DNA of 64,000 nucleotides from NCBI RefSeq assembly GCF_054482525.1, contig NZ_CM137006.1; one strand, 5' to 3'. Shown piece by piece: positions 1 to 13,134 of this stretch (position 1 is its first letter; each line of letters starts with the position of its first letter). The notes under the pieces were generated by a model. It saw only the letters and a program-made list of their open reading frames with translations, ran no database searches and was not told where the DNA came from. The position numbers and the translations under genes were made by a program.

Positions 1-227
1 TTCTGCCACGACATTTTCCTTTTTCAAATAGCCATGCGTTGCGCCATGCTACGCCGCGCCACACTGCGAGTATAGAGTATGGTCGAGTTAAACCTGCTCT
101 TTCAACCTTAACTCACGATTTCTTAAGCAAAAAATCGTTTTGCTGCCGTATATATCGCCATTAATCCCATTTCTGCCTGCGAATGCGCTGAAAAGACATT
201 CTCTGTTTGGTTTACACGATAAATATG

Positions 228-246
228 AATGAGTATATTTCTCATT
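228..246. promoter_or_regulatory. Palindrome AATGAG-N7-CTCATT upstream of fhuE; candidate Fur operator
   Basis: Inverted repeat read directly in AT-rich fhuE upstream region; fhuE is a known Fur-repressed siderophore receptor; match to Fur consensus only partial. Confidence 0.3.
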
Positions 247-342
247 TGCATTTACATGCAAAATTATTCGCACACTAAATATAACCGCTCATCATCCTCC
301 TCCGGCATGAGCCTGACGACAACATAAACCAAGAGATTTCAA

Positions 343-2532
343 ATGCTTTCAACACAATTTAACAGGGATAATCAACATCAAACCACCTCCAAGCCGTCAC
401 TGCTTGCCGCCTGCATAGCACTGGCACTCTTACCTTCAGCCGCTTTTGCTGCACCAGCCACTGAAGAAACGGTGATTGTTGAGGGTTCAGCCACTACTCC
501 AGTTGATGACGAAAATGATTACAGCGTAACGTCTACCTCTGCGGGTACCAAAATGCAGATGACTCAACGTGATATTCCTCAGTCGGTCACTATTGTTAGT
601 CAGCAGCGGATGGAAGATCAGCAGTTACAAACGCTGGGCGAAGTGATGGAAAACACGCTGGGGATCAGCAAAAGTCAGGCGGATTCCGATCGTGCTCTTT
701 ATTATTCCCGCGGATTCCAGATCGATAACTATATGGTTGATGGTATCCCCACCTATTTTGAATCGCGCTGGAATCTGGGCGACGCACTTTCTGATATGGC
801 ACTGTTTGAACGCGTAGAAGTAGTGCGTGGCGCGACAGGACTCATGACCGGGACGGGTAATCCATCTGCGGCAATTAATATGGTTCGAAAACACGCGACC
901 AGTCGTGAATTTAAAGGCGATGTCTCGGCGGAATACGGTAGCTGGAACAAAGAACGGTATGTGGCGGATTTACAAAGCCCACTCACCGAAGATGGTAAAA
1001 TCCGCGCGCGAATTGTCGGCGGCTACCAGAATAACGACTCATGGCTGGACCGCTACAACAGTGAAAAGACCTTCTTCTCCGGCATTGTCGATGCTGATTT
1101 AGGCGATCTTACGACGCTTTCAGCCGGTTACGAATATCAGCGCATTGATGTTAATAGCCCAACCTGGGGCGGTTTACCGCGCTGGAATATTGATGGCAGC
1201 AGCAACAGTTACGATCGCGCACGCAGTACCGCACCTGACTGGGCGTATAACGATAAAGAGATCAACAAGGTCTTTATGACCCTCAAGCAGCGGTTTGCTG
1301 ATACCTGGCAAGCGACACTGAATGCCACCCACTCCGAAGTCGAATTTGACAGTAAAATGATGTATGTCGATGCCTATGTAAATAAAGCGGATGGTATGCT
1401 GGTTGGGCCATACAGTAATTATGGACCTGGCTTTGATTATGTCGGCGGCACCGGTTGGAACAGCGGCAAACGTAAAGTTGATGCGCTGGATTTGTTTGCT
1501 GACGGTAGTTATGAATTGTTTGGTCGTCAGCACAATCTAATGTTTGGTGGCAGTTACAGCAAACAAAACAATCGTTACTTCAGTTCATGGGCAAACATCT
1601 TCCCGGATGAAATTGGCAGTTTCTACAACTTTAATGGCAATTTCCCACAAACCGACTGGTCACCACAGAGCCTGGCGCAGGACGATACCACACATATGAA
1701 ATCGTTATATGCTGCCACTCGTGTCACCCTTGCCGATCCGCTGCATCTGATCCTCGGCGCTCGTTATACCAACTGGCGGGTTGATACGCTGACTTACAGC
1801 ATGGAGAAAAACCACACCACGCCTTACGCTGGTCTGGTGTTTGACATCAATGACAACTGGTCGACCTACGCCAGCTATACCTCTATTTTCCAGCCGCAAA
1901 ATGATCGTGACAGTTCAGGCAAATATCTGGCTCCAATCACCGGTAACAACTACGAGCTGGGTCTGAAATCGGACTGGATGAATAGCCGTCTGACCACCAC
2001 GTTAGCCATCTTCCGTATTGAGCAGGATAATGTCGCTCAGTCCACCGGTACACCTATCCCCGGCAGCAACGGCGAAACCGCCTATAAAGCGGTGGATGGG
2101 ACAGTCAGTAAAGGTGTGGAATTTGAACTCAACGGCGCAATTACCGACAACTGGCAGCTGACGTTTGGCGCAACGCGCTATATTGCAGAAGATAACGAAG
2201 GAAACGCCGTTAATCCTAATCTGCCACGCACCACGGTTAAAATGTTCACCAGCTATCGGTTGCCTGTCATGCCAGAGTTGACGGTCGGCGGTGGTGTTAA
2301 CTGGCAAAATCGCGTGTATACCGACACCGTGACACCGTATGGCACCTTCCGCGCCGAGCAAGGTAGCTACGCGCTGGTGGATCTCTTCACCCGCTACCAG
2401 GTGACGAAAAACTTCTCGTTACAGGGGAACGTCAATAACCTGTTCGACAAAACCTACGATACCAATGTGGAAGGTTCTATCGTCTACGGCGCACCGCGTA
2501 ATTTCAGCATTACCGGCACGTATCAATTCTGA
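343..2532 (+). CDS. fhuE: TonB-dependent outer-membrane ferric coprogen/rhodotorulic acid receptor
   Basis: ORF track 729 aa; N-terminal signal peptide; C-terminal aromatic residue typical of OM beta-barrels; matches FhuE length. Confidence 0.93.
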   Translation: MLSTQFNRDNQHQTTSKPSLLAACIALALLPSAAFAAPATEETVIVEGSATTPVDDENDYSVTSTSAGTKMQMTQRDIPQSVTIVSQQRMEDQQLQTLGEVMENTLGISKSQADSDRALYYSRGFQIDNYMVDGIPTYFESRWNLGDALSDMALFERVEVVRGATGLMTGTGNPSAAINMVRKHATSREFKGDVSAEYGSWNKERYVADLQSPLTEDGKIRARIVGGYQNNDSWLDRYNSEKTFFSGIVDADLGDLTTLSAGYEYQRIDVNSPTWGGLPRWNIDGSSNSYDRARSTAPDWAYNDKEINKVFMTLKQRFADTWQATLNATHSEVEFDSKMMYVDAYVNKADGMLVGPYSNYGPGFDYVGGTGWNSGKRKVDALDLFADGSYELFGRQHNLMFGGSYSKQNNRYFSSWANIFPDEIGSFYNFNGNFPQTDWSPQSLAQDDTTHMKSLYAATRVTLADPLHLILGARYTNWRVDTLTYSMEKNHTTPYAGLVFDINDNWSTYASYTSIFQPQNDRDSSGKYLAPITGNNYELGLKSDWMNSRLTTTLAIFRIEQDNVAQSTGTPIPGSNGETAYKAVDGTVSKGVEFELNGAITDNWQLTFGATRYIAEDNEGNAVNPNLPRTTVKMFTSYRLPVMPELTVGGGVNWQNRVYTDTVTPYGTFRAEQGSYALVDLFTRYQVTKNFSLQGNVNNLFDKTYDTNVEGSIVYGAPRNFSITGTYQF

Positions 2533-2543
2533 ATAACACCTGT

Positions 2544-2570
2544 AAAAAAGGCAGCCATCTGGCTGCCTTA
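2544..2570. terminator. Intrinsic terminator hairpin between convergent fhuE and ptsG
   Basis: GGCAGCC-ATCT-GGCTGCC stem-loop with A6 on + side, giving a U-tract for the minus-strand ptsG transcript. Confidence 0.6.
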
Positions 2571-2591
2571 GTCTCCCCAACGTCTTACGGA

Positions 2592-4025
2592 TTAGTGGTT
2601 ACGGATGTACTCATCCATCTCGGTTTTCAGGTTATCGGATTTAGTACCGAAAATCGCCTGAACACCAGAACCAGCAACCACTACGCCCGCTGCGCCCAGT
2701 TTCTTCAGGCCAGCCTGATCCACTTTAGACACATCAGCAACGCTGACGCGCAGACGGGTAATACATGCGTCGAGGTTAGTGATGTTTTCTTTACCACCAA
2801 ACGCAGCAACCAGAGCCGGTGCCATTTCGCTGGTACCTGTCGCTTTTGCATCATCAGTCGCGTCTTCACGACCCGGCGTTTTCAGATCCAGTGCTTTAAT
2901 CAGCACGCGGAAGATGGTGTAGTAAACAATTGCATAACCGATACCGACGATCGGGAACAGCCACAGTTTGCTGCTGTTACCAGACAGAACGATGAAGTCG
3001 ATCAGACCGTGCGAGAACGACGTACCGTCACGCATCCCCAGAAGAATACAGATTGGGAATGCCAGGCCTGCCAGAATCGCGTGGATGATGTACAGGATCG
3101 GCGCAACGAACATGAAGGAGAACTCGATCGGCTCGGTGATACCGGTCAGGAACGAGGTCAGCGCCGCGGAGATCATAATACCGCCCACTTTCGCGCGGTT
3201 TTCTGGTTTAGCAGAGTGCCAGATAGCAATTGCGGCAGCTGGCAGACCGTACATTTTGAACAGGAAGCCGCCAGACAGTTTACCCGCAGTCGGGTCACCC
3301 GCCATATAACGCGGAATGTCGCCGTGGAAAACCTGACCTGCTGCGTTGGTGTATTCACCAATCTGCATCTGGAAAGGTACGTTCCAGATGTGGTGCAGAC
3401 CAAACGGTACCAGGCAACGTTCGATGAAACCGTAAATGCCAAACGCAACTACCGGGTTCTGGTAAGCAGCCCACTGAGAGAAGGTCTGGATTGCAGAACC
3501 AATCGGCGGCCAAATGAAGGACAGCACAACGCCAGTAAAGATGGCAGCCAGGCCAGAAATGATCGGCACAAAGCGTTTACCGGCAAAGAAGCCAAGATAC
3601 TCAGGCAGCTTAATACGGTAGAAACGGTTAAACATGTACGCTGCGATCGCACCGGAGATAATCCCTCCGAGTACGCCAGTATCCGCCAGGTGTTTAGAGG
3701 CGATTTCTTCAGCAGGTAAATGCAGTACCAGTGGCGCAACCACGGCCATGGTTTTAACCATGATGCCATAGGCAACAACTGCGGCCAGCGCGGATACGCC
3801 ATCGTTATTGGTAAAGCCGAGGGCGACACCGATCGCAAAAATCAGTGGCATGTTTGCAAAGACGGAACCGCCTGCTTCTGCCATAACATGCGATACAACG
3901 GCGGGCAGCCAGCTGAAATTCGCGGAACCGACGCCCAGCAGAATACCTGCGATAGGCAGTACGGATACCGGCAGCATCAGCGATTTACCGACCTTTTGCA
4001 GGTTAGCAAATGCATTCTTAAACAT
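2592..4025 (-). CDS. ptsG: PTS glucose-specific EIICB component
   Basis: ORF track 477 aa; sequence [24 protein letters not shown]... matches PtsG. Confidence 0.96.
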
Positions 4026-4060
4026 AATTGAGAGTGCTCCTGAGTATGGGTGCTTTTTTA
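4026..4060 (-). promoter_or_regulatory. ptsG 5' leader including RBS; known SgrS sRNA base-pairing region
   Basis: mRNA-sense sequence AAAGCACCCAUACUCAGGAGCACUCUCAAUUAUG read directly upstream of the start codon; SgrS targeting is established knowledge. Confidence 0.6.
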
Positions 4061-4318
4061 CGTTCTCACGCGTGGCAAGGGGGGAGAGCCTCGCCGTGTA
4101 CAGGGCATCTAAGCGCCCTTTATTTATTACACAGAGTAAAATAATTCAGTGTCGATTTGTTTGACGGCTATCACGTTTCAACTTCAGATCATTGGAGAAG
4201 TTGCACATTTTGACAAAACATATGTCACAATATTTCAAACGTGGTTATTCACCGCCCAATTTTCGGCGGTGAACTTTACTCGTTTTAGCCATTAATTACG
4301 AGCTTTAAAAAAACTCAT

Positions 4319-5116
4319 TCAACGGATGGATTGAAGGCTGGAAGCGTCGATGTGAAACAGACGGGCGAAGTTATCGGTGGTTACCTGCGCCAGTTCTTCA
4401 ACGGCAACACCTTTCAACACAGCCATGTATTCTGCAACGTCACGAACCATCGCAGGTTGATTCTCTTTTCCTCGATGCGGAACCGGTGCAAGGTAAGGTG
4501 AGTCAGTTTCTACCAGTAACCGATCCAGGGGGACATAACGCGCGGCATCGCGCAGTTGCTCCGCATTACGGAAGGTCACAATGCCGGAAAAGGAGATGTA
4601 AAATCCGAGATCCAGTAATTTTCCCGCCGTTTCTCTGTCCTCTGTAAAACAGTGTAGTACGCCACCGCAATCCGTCACTTTTTCTTCGCGCAGAATTGCC
4701 AGCGTATCGGCGCGGGCGTCACGGGTGTGGACGATAACCGGCTTGTTCAGTTCACGACCAATCTGGATATGATGGATGAAGGACTCTTGCTGACGTACTT
4801 TAGTTTCCGGCGTGTAATAATAATCCAGCCCGGTTTCACCCAGCGCTACAACGCCCTCTTCTGCCGCCAGACGACGTAAATCTTCTACATCGTAGGGATC
4901 ATTCTGGTTGAGTGGATGCACGCCACAAGAAAATACGACGTTGTCACGTTCGCCTACCAGATCCCGCATGTGTAAATAACCCGGTAATGTTGTGGCGACT
5001 GCCAGACAAAATTTCACATCGCGTGCGGCGGCTTTCGCCAGAACGTCATCCACGTCCTTATGCAAAGATTCATAATCCAGACCATCGAGATGGCAGTGTG
5101 AGTCGACTAAAAACAT
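4319..5116 (-). CDS. ycfH: TatD-family metal-dependent hydrolase
   Basis: ORF track 285 aa; start moved to [12 protein letters not shown] (265 aa) just downstream of holB stop. Confidence 0.85.
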   Translation of the reverse strand: MFLVDSHCHLDGLDYESLHKDVDDVLAKAAARDVKFCLAVATTLPGYLHMRDLVGERDNVVFSCGVHPLNQNDPYDVEDLRRLAAEEGVVALGETGLDYYYTPETKVRQQESFIHHIQIGRELNKPVIVHTRDARADTLAILREEKVTDCGGVLHCFTEDRETAGKLLDLGFYISFSGIVTFRNAEQLRDAARYVPLDRLLVETDSPYLAPVPHRGKENQPAMVRDVAEYMAVLKGVAVEELAQVTTDNFARLFHIDASSLQSIR

Positions 5117-5126
5117 GATGTCTCTC

Positions 5127-6131
5127 TTAAAGATGAGGAACCGGTAGCACAACGCCCGGTTGCAGGTAATGCTCAATACGCAGTAAAAGATCGGTGATGA
5201 GAAGCTCGCGGTTGATGCCTGTGACAGACATTAACTGTTCACGAATGTGGCAAACATCCCCCAGTATAGCCTGCAGGCGCGAGGGAGAAAGATGGTTTGC
5301 CAGTTCGACGACCAGGCCCGGCACATCAACATTGGTCACCTGCGCAGCGCCATGATGGCGTTTTAGCGCATCCATCAGCAACGTTGCCAGCCAGTGTAAA
5401 CGCGCCGGAGCTTGTTCATGATTAAGGGCCGCTAGCAGCGAATACCAGTCGCCCGATTGCACGCTATATGCCAGCGCCTGACACAATGTTTCACGAGCCT
5501 GCCAGTTATCTCCCTGAAACAACGCCAGTGCCGCCCCAGGCGAACCGGCGCTTAAGCGCAATGCGGCAAGTAGTGCATCCTGTGACATTGTCACTTCGCG
5601 TGAAAGCCAGGTCACGGCGTACTGTTCCGGCGGCGGCGCAAGGTAATGTAACCGACAACGACTACGTAATGTTGCCAGTAAACGTTCAGGCTCGCGGGTA
5701 GCCAGGAAAAACCAGGTTTCTGCTGGTGGCTCTTCAAGCGTTTTCAGCAATGCGTTAGCCGCGGCGTCAGTCAGTAAGGCAGCATCGGTTACCCAGACAA
5801 CTTTCGCACCACCTAAGCGTGCGTGCTCATTCAGCTTTTCGGTGACCTCACGTACCGCATCAATGCCCAGCGCATTTTTCCCTTTTTCGGGAGCCAGGGT
5901 GTAGTAATCGGGATGCGTGCCAGCCTGCATCAACTGACATCCACGACAGTGACCGCAACTTTTGTGGCCCTGTGGTTGTTGGCAGAGTAAATAACGGCTC
6001 AGGGCGTAGATTAAAGCATCATCGCCCATGCCCGGTAACGCCTGAATGAGCAGCGCATGGTGACCTCTTCCGGCCTGATAGCTGGCTACCAGTTTTTCGA
6101 AATCAGGTCGTAACCATGGATACCATCTCAT
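5127..6131 (-). CDS. holB: DNA polymerase III delta-prime subunit
   Basis: ORF track 334 aa; [30 protein letters not shown]...; clamp-loader AAA+ fold. Confidence 0.92.
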   Translation of the reverse strand: MRWYPWLRPDFEKLVASYQAGRGHHALLIQALPGMGDDALIYALSRYLLCQQPQGHKSCGHCRGCQLMQAGTHPDYYTLAPEKGKNALGIDAVREVTEKLNEHARLGGAKVVWVTDAALLTDAAANALLKTLEEPPAETWFFLATREPERLLATLRSRCRLHYLAPPPEQYAVTWLSREVTMSQDALLAALRLSAGSPGAALALFQGDNWQARETLCQALAYSVQSGDWYSLLAALNHEQAPARLHWLATLLMDALKRHHGAAQVTNVDVPGLVVELANHLSPSRLQAILGDVCHIREQLMSVTGINRELLITDLLLRIEHYLQPGVVLPVPHL

Positions 6132-6769
6132 GCGTCCAACTCCTTCACCCAGTTGGTCACGGTAGTGCGGATTGCATCCATCACAGCCTCCAGCGGCTGG
6201 GTGGCATCAATGGTATGAATGCTTTTATCTTGTGCTGCCAGTTCCAGATAGCGGGCGCGGGTGCGATTAAAAAAATCGAAAGACTCTTGCTCAATACGAT
6301 CCAGCTCGCCGCGCGCACGCGCGCGTTTTAAGCCAACTTCCGGGGTAACATCGAGATAGAGCGTTAAGTCGGGGCGAAAATCCCCGAGAACAGCATCACG
6401 CAGTGTTGCCAGCATATGTTGGTCAATACCACGTCCGCCGCCCTGATACGCCTGAGTGGAGAGATCGTGGCGATCGCCAATCACCCAGGTGCCGTTAGTC
6501 AGCGCAGGTTTGATGACCGTTTCTACCAGTTGAACACGCGCGGCATAAAACATCAGAACTTCGGCTTTATCGGTAATGACTTCATCGCCTACCGATTTGA
6601 TATCCAGCACCAGGCATCTTAACTTTTCGGCAAGTTGCGTACCGCCAGGTTCCCGAGTGAAAACCATGTCGCGGATACCCAGTTGCTCGAGCGTCTCAAC
6701 CACCACGTTACGCGCGGTAGTTTTGCCTGCGCCTTCCAGCCCCTCAATGACGATATACTTACTGCGCAT
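6128..6769 (-). CDS. tmk: Thymidylate kinase
   Basis: ORF track 213 aa; P-loop GLEGAGKTT; 4-nt overlap with holB. Confidence 0.94.
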   Translation of the reverse strand: MRSKYIVIEGLEGAGKTTARNVVVETLEQLGIRDMVFTREPGGTQLAEKLRCLVLDIKSVGDEVITDKAEVLMFYAARVQLVETVIKPALTNGTWVIGDRHDLSTQAYQGGGRGIDQHMLATLRDAVLGDFRPDLTLYLDVTPEVGLKRARARGELDRIEQESFDFFNRTRARYLELAAQDKSIHTIDATQPLEAVMDAIRTTVTNWVKELDA

Positions 6770-7781
6770 TTTTTTCCTTAAGCACTTTCAGATAATCCTG
6801 CACAGACTTGTTATGACTGGCAAGATTGGTATTAAACGTGTGACCACCTTTACCATCGGCCACAAAATAGAGATACGGCGTTTTTGCCGGATGCGCAGCA
6901 GCCTTCAGCGAATCCGCCCCCGGCGTAGCTATTGCACCTGGCGGCAAACCGGTAATGGTATAGGTGTTATACGCTGTCGGCGTTTCCAGGTCTGCACGAG
7001 AAAGTTTGCCATTATAACGCTCTCCCATCCCGTAAATCACGGTCGGGTCGGTCTGCAGGCGCATACCAATGCGTAACCGGTTGATAAATACCGAGGCAAC
7101 CTGATCGCGTTCACTGGCAACGGCGGTTTCTTTTTCGATAATTGATGCCATCGTCACCAGCTGGTTTTTATCTTTATAGGGCAGACCGTCCGCACGCCCT
7201 TCCCAGGCGCTATCGACCGCTTTCACCATTTTCTTGTGCGCTCGCTTGAGTAACGCGACATCGGTGGTATTGGCGGTATACATCCAGGTGTCTGGCCAGA
7301 ACCAACCTTCAATCCACTCCGGGTTTTCCAGTTCAAGTGCCTGCGCTACGGTGGCGTACTTATCGTCGCTCAGCGTGTGCTTGATATAGGGGGCCTCACG
7401 CAATTGCTTGAGGTAATCGCTCAGACGCATCCCTTCTACCAGTCGCAGAGGGAACTGTGCTTCTTTACCGCTTTCCAGTAACTTCAGCATCTCGCGCACG
7501 GTCATCTGCGGTGTAAAGCGGTAAGTCCCGGCTTTAAAGTGAGAAAGATCCGGTTCGATACGCAGCAGCCATTGGAAAACCCGTGGGCGATTGATGATCT
7601 TATCGGCATAAAGCTGTTCACCGAGCGCCAGACGTCCGGTCCCTGGCTTCAGGGTAAATATCTTCTCTTCTTTGATAAGCAATTTGCTGTCGGCAAGATG
7701 GCGAACCTTCCAGACGCCCACACCAGCGGCGATACCCAGTACCACCAGTAATAACAAGATAATCAATAACACTTTTTTCAT
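6759..7781 (-). CDS. mltG: Endolytic murein transglycosylase (YceG family)
   Basis: ORF track 340 aa; N-terminal membrane anchor; matches YceG/MltG. Confidence 0.9.
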   Translation of the reverse strand: MKKVLLIILLLLVVLGIAAGVGVWKVRHLADSKLLIKEEKIFTLKPGTGRLALGEQLYADKIINRPRVFQWLLRIEPDLSHFKAGTYRFTPQMTVREMLKLLESGKEAQFPLRLVEGMRLSDYLKQLREAPYIKHTLSDDKYATVAQALELENPEWIEGWFWPDTWMYTANTTDVALLKRAHKKMVKAVDSAWEGRADGLPYKDKNQLVTMASIIEKETAVASERDQVASVFINRLRIGMRLQTDPTVIYGMGERYNGKLSRADLETPTAYNTYTITGLPPGAIATPGADSLKAAAHPAKTPYLYFVADGKGGHTFNTNLASHNKSVQDYLKVLKEKNAQ

Positions 7782-7783
7782 GA

Positions 7784-8593
7784 CTAATTCGGGCGCTCAC
7801 AAAGTGGGGCTAAATATTCATATAACGTTGCTGACGAAAAGGAGACATCGCCACAGGCACGTACGGGCATCACTGGCATTAACGCATTACAAATAACCAT
7901 CTCATCTGCCTGCAACGCCTCCTCCAGCGAGGCTTGCACTTCGACAAGCTGATAAGAGGATTGTGCCAGTAAACGGATACAGAATTGTCGCATAATGCCG
8001 TTAACACCTGCCTGATCCAGTCGCGGCGTATAAACTACGTTGCCCTTCCGCCAGAACAAATTAGCCGCACAGCATTCCGTAACCCACCCTTCGCTGTCAA
8101 GGACCAGCGCCTCATCAGCGTTTGTCTGCTCAAGATGAGAGCGGATCAATACTTGCTCAAGCCGATTAAGATGTTTAATACCTGCAAGATGAGGATTGCG
8201 CCCCAGCCGCACCGGGCTTAGCGCCAACGTCATCCCCTCGTTACGCAAACGGTCGTAATGTGCGGGATAAAGCGTAACGGAGAGAATCCGCGTTGCCGGT
8301 CCGCTGTTCAATGTGCTGTATCCTCGCCCGCCACTACCGCGACTGATCACCACTTTCAGCACACCATTTTGCTGTTCTGCTGCCAGCGTTTTCATCTCTT
8401 GTTCAAGCTGAGGCCAGAAGTCACAGGAAATCATCAACCGCTGACAAGCATCCTGTAGTCGCTGGATATGCGCCGATAACAAACTGACTTTACCGTCGAT
8501 AACTCTGGCGGTGGTAAAACAACCATCACCAAACTGCGTTGCCCGATCGCTTACTGCCAGCGATTCCTGCTTATGACCGTTAATTAAGAACAT
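7784..8593 (-). CDS. pabC: Aminodeoxychorismate lyase
   Basis: ORF track 269 aa; matches PabC length and position downstream of fabF. Confidence 0.9.
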   Translation of the reverse strand: MFLINGHKQESLAVSDRATQFGDGCFTTARVIDGKVSLLSAHIQRLQDACQRLMISCDFWPQLEQEMKTLAAEQQNGVLKVVISRGSGGRGYSTLNSGPATRILSVTLYPAHYDRLRNEGMTLALSPVRLGRNPHLAGIKHLNRLEQVLIRSHLEQTNADEALVLDSEGWVTECCAANLFWRKGNVVYTPRLDQAGVNGIMRQFCIRLLAQSSYQLVEVQASLEEALQADEMVICNALMPVMPVRACGDVSFSSATLYEYLAPLCERPN

Positions 8594-8663
8594 ACCGGCT
8601 CCTTATCAGAGAATTGTTAGTGTGGCAGCATGTTCACTACGGAACAAGTCGGAATAAAAGCTA

Positions 8664-8690
8664 AGAAAAAAGGCCCGCAAGCGGACCTTT
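8664..8690 (-). terminator. Intrinsic terminator downstream of fabF
   Basis: GC-rich hairpin (GGCCCGC-AA-GCGGACC on +) followed on the minus strand by a U6 tract. Confidence 0.6.
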
Positions 8691-8712
8691 TATAAGGGTG
8701 GAAAATGACAAT

Positions 8713-9984
<1,272 letters not shown>

Positions 9985-10041
9985 CTAGTGGGACAAAAAG
10001 ATAAAACTCAGGCGGTCGAACGACCGCCTGGAGATGTTCAC

Positions 10042-10278
10042 TTACGCCTGGTGGCCGTTGATGTAATCAATGGCAGCCTGAACGGTGGTGATTTTCTCAG
10101 CTTCTTCGTCCGGAATCTCAGTATCAAACTCTTCTTCCAGAGCCATTACCAGCTCAACGGTGTCAAGAGAATCCGCGCCCAGGTCTTCAACGAAAGAAGC
10201 ATTGTTGGTAACTTCTTCCTGCTTAACGCCCAGCTGTTCGCCGATAATTTTCTTAACGCGTTCTTCGATAGTGCTCAT
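10042..10278 (-). CDS. acpP: Acyl carrier protein
   Basis: ORF track 78 aa; [18 protein letters not shown]...[16 protein letters not shown] matches ACP. Confidence 0.98.
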
Positions 10279-10488
10279 ACTCTTAAATTTCCTATCAAAA
10301 CTCGCTTTCGCGATGGTTTTCGTAGTGTATAAAATGTTGAAAAATTTGCAACTAAATCCCGGCAGGTCTTACCACGATTTTACGTTATTTTGAGGCCTTA
10401 CCCCCCAATAACGCAAATCATTTTGCACTAATTATTACTCATAACCACGCAGACTGCGCGCAACATGAGCATTTTGTGCAAATCGCGG

Positions 10489-11223
10489 TCAGACCATGTA
10501 CATCCCGCCGTTCACATGCAAAGTTTCACCCGTGATGTAAGCTGCTTCGTCGGATGCCAGGAATGCAACCGCGTTGGCGATTTCCTGTGCGCCGCCGAGG
10601 CGACCCGCAGGAACCTGCGCCAGGATACCCGCACGCTGGTCATCGCTCAGCGCACGTGTCATGTCCGTTTCAATAAAGCCCGGAGCAACAACGTTTACAG
10701 TAATACCGCGTGACGCAACTTCGCGCGCCAGTGATTTACTGAAGCCGATCAAGCCCGCTTTCGCCGCAGCGTAGTTGGCCTGACCGCCATTTCCCATGGT
10801 ACCAACCACAGAACCGATAGTGATAATACGACCATGACGCTTTTTCATCATAGCGCGCATTACCGCTTTTGACAGACGGAAAACAGATGAAAGGTTGGTT
10901 TCGATAATATCGTTCCACTCTTCATCTTTCATTCGCATTAACAGGTTATCACGAGTGATACCGGCATTATTGACCAGGATATCCACTTCACCAAATTCTG
11001 CGCGAATTTTTTCCAGAACAGATTCGATAGATGCCGGGTCGGTCACATTCAACATCAGACCTTTGCCGTTGGCACCTAAATAATCACTGATCGCCTGAGC
11101 GCCATTTTCACTGGTCGCAGTGCCGATAACTTTCGCGCCACGGGCTGCGAGCGTTTCAGCAATTGCGCGGCCAATTCCGCGGCTTGCACCGGTTACCAGT
11201 GCGATTTTTCCTTCAAAATTCAT
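10489..11223 (-). CDS. fabG: 3-oxoacyl-ACP reductase
   Basis: ORF track 244 aa; SDR motif TGASRGIGRAIA. Confidence 0.96.
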   Translation of the reverse strand: MNFEGKIALVTGASRGIGRAIAETLAARGAKVIGTATSENGAQAISDYLGANGKGLMLNVTDPASIESVLEKIRAEFGEVDILVNNAGITRDNLLMRMKDEEWNDIIETNLSSVFRLSKAVMRAMMKKRHGRIITIGSVVGTMGNGGQANYAAAKAGLIGFSKSLAREVASRGITVNVVAPGFIETDMTRALSDDQRAGILAQVPAGRLGGAQEIANAVAFLASDEAAYITGETLHVNGGMYMV

Positions 11224-11235
11224 GATTTTCCTCTT

Positions 11236-12165
11236 TTAAAGCTCGAGCGCCGCTGCCATCGCTGAAGGTTCGTTCAGCGCCGAGGCGGTCAGGGTGTCGA
11301 CAATGCGTTTCGTCAGGCCAGTAAGCACTTTGCCCGGGCCGACTTCATAGAGATGTTCTACACCTTGCGCTGCCATGTATTCAACAGACTTCGTCCACTG
11401 AACCGGGTTATACAACTGACGTACCAGTGCGTCACGGATGGCATCACCATTGGTTTCGCATTTCACATCAACGTTATTCACAACAGGAACTGTTGGTGCG
11501 TTAAAGGTGATTTTCGCTAATTTTACTGCCAGTTTGTCGGCTGCTGGTTTCATCAGCGCACAGTGAGACGGTACGCTCACTGGTAACGGCAGAGCGCGTT
11601 TTGCGCCCGCAGCTTTACAGGCAGCACCCGCACGCTCAACCGCTTCTTTATGACCGACAATAACCACCTGTCCCGGAGAGTTAAAGTTTACCGGAGAAAC
11701 GACCTGACCTTCTGCAGCTTCTTCACACGCTTTCGCAATAGACGCATCATCCAGACCGATGATTGCCGCCATAGCACCCGTTCCTTCCGGTACGGCTTCT
11801 TGCATAAACTTGCCGCGCATCTCAACCAGACGCACCGCATCAGCGAAATCAATCACACCAGCGCAAACCAGCGCGGAGTATTCCCCCAGGCTGTGACCGG
11901 CCATCATTGCCGGTGCTTTACCGCCCTGCTGCTGCCATACGCGATACAGCGCAACAGATGCAGTCAACAGCGCTGGCTGGGTTTGCCAGGTTTTATTCAG
12001 TTCTTCAGCCGGCCCCTGCTGGGTCAGCGCCCACAGGTCGTAGCCCAGCGCCGCAGAAGCTTCAGCAAACGTTTCTTCGACAATTGGATAGCTCGCCGCC
12101 ATATCAGCCAGCATTCCAACGGTTTGAGAACCCTGTCCAGGGAACACAAATGCAAATTGCGTCAT
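11236..12165 (-). CDS. fabD: Malonyl-CoA:ACP transacylase
   Basis: ORF track 309 aa; GHSLGEY active-site motif. Confidence 0.96.
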   Translation of the reverse strand: MTQFAFVFPGQGSQTVGMLADMAASYPIVEETFAEASAALGYDLWALTQQGPAEELNKTWQTQPALLTASVALYRVWQQQGGKAPAMMAGHSLGEYSALVCAGVIDFADAVRLVEMRGKFMQEAVPEGTGAMAAIIGLDDASIAKACEEAAEGQVVSPVNFNSPGQVVIVGHKEAVERAGAACKAAGAKRALPLPVSVPSHCALMKPAADKLAVKLAKITFNAPTVPVVNNVDVKCETNGDAIRDALVRQLYNPVQWTKSVEYMAAQGVEHLYEVGPGKVLTGLTKRIVDTLTASALNEPSAMAAALEL

Positions 12166-12180
12166 GTTTTAATCCTTATC

Positions 12181-13134
12181 CTAGAAACGAACCAGCGCGG
12201 AGCCCCAGGTGAATCCACCGCCAAAGGCTTCAAGCAGAACCAACTGCCCCGGCTTAATGCGCCCGTCGCGTACAGCTTCATCCAGCGCGCACGGGACAGA
12301 GGCCGCAGAGGTATTACCGTGGCGATCCAGCGTCACCACGACATTGTCCATCGACATGCCGAGTTTTTTCGCCGTTGCACTGATAATACGCAGGTTAGCC
12401 TGATGCGGAACCAGCCAGTCCAGTTGAGAACGGTCAAGATTATTCGCCGTCAGCGTCTCATCGACGATGTGCGCCAGTTCTGTTACCGCAACCTTGAAGA
12501 CTTCGTTGCCCGCCATCGTCAGATGAATTGAATTCTCTGGATTCACACGGTCAGCATTAGGCAGCGTCAGCAACTCACCATAGCTACCGTCGGCATGCAG
12601 ATGGGTGGAGATGATTCCCGGCTCTTCAGAGGCAGCCAGCACCGCAGCGCCCGCGCCATCGCCAAAAATAATAATAGTCCCACGATCTGTTGGATCGCAG
12701 GTGCGCGCCAGTACATCGGAACCGACGACCAGAGCATACTTCACCGCCCCAGATTTCACGTATTGATCGGCTACGCTTAATGCATAGGTGAAACCTGCGC
12801 AGGCTGCTGCAACGTCAAATGCCGGGCAACCTTTAATGCCCAGCATGCTTTGAATCTGACAAGCTGCGCTCGGGAAAGCGTGCGTAGCAGAAGTCGTTGC
12901 CACAACGATCAGGCCAATCTGGTCTTTCTCAATGCCCGCCATCTCAATTGCGCGTGTCGCCGCTTCAAAGCCCATGGTTGAAACGGTTTCGTTTGGCGCG
13001 GCAATGTGGCGTTCGCGGATACCGGTACGAGTGACAATCCACTCGTCAGAGGTGTCCACCATTTTTTCCAAATCGGCGTTTGTCCGCACTTGTTCGGGCA
13101 GATAGCTGCCAGTACCAATAATCTTCGTATACAT
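12181..13134 (-). CDS. fabH: 3-oxoacyl-ACP synthase III
   Basis: ORF track 317 aa; [19 protein letters not shown]... Confidence 0.96.
   Translation of the reverse strand: MYTKIIGTGSYLPEQVRTNADLEKMVDTSDEWIVTRTGIRERHIAAPNETVSTMGFEAATRAIEMAGIEKDQIGLIVVATTSATHAFPSAACQIQSMLGIKGCPAFDVAAACAGFTYALSVADQYVKSGAVKYALVVGSDVLARTCDPTDRGTIIIFGDGAGAAVLAASEEPGIISTHLHADGSYGELLTLPNADRVNPENSIHLTMAGNEVFKVAVTELAHIVDETLTANNLDRSQLDWLVPHQANLRIISATAKKLGMSMDNVVVTLDRHGNTSAASVPCALDEAVRDGRIKPGQLVLLEAFGGGFTWGSALVRF

Noticed and set aside
1-9. First three codons (GTG GCA GAA) of a minus-strand gene running off the window start, probably hinT
   Set aside because: Only 9 nt are inside the window; too little to support a feature call.
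2595-3719. 374-aa plus-strand ORF antisense to ptsG
   Set aside because: Fully embedded in ptsG on the opposite strand; no recognisable protein features; shadow ORF.
11650-12531. 293-aa plus-strand ORF antisense to fabD/fabH
   Set aside because: Spans the fabD-fabH junction on the opposite strand; Arg-rich junk translation; shadow ORF.
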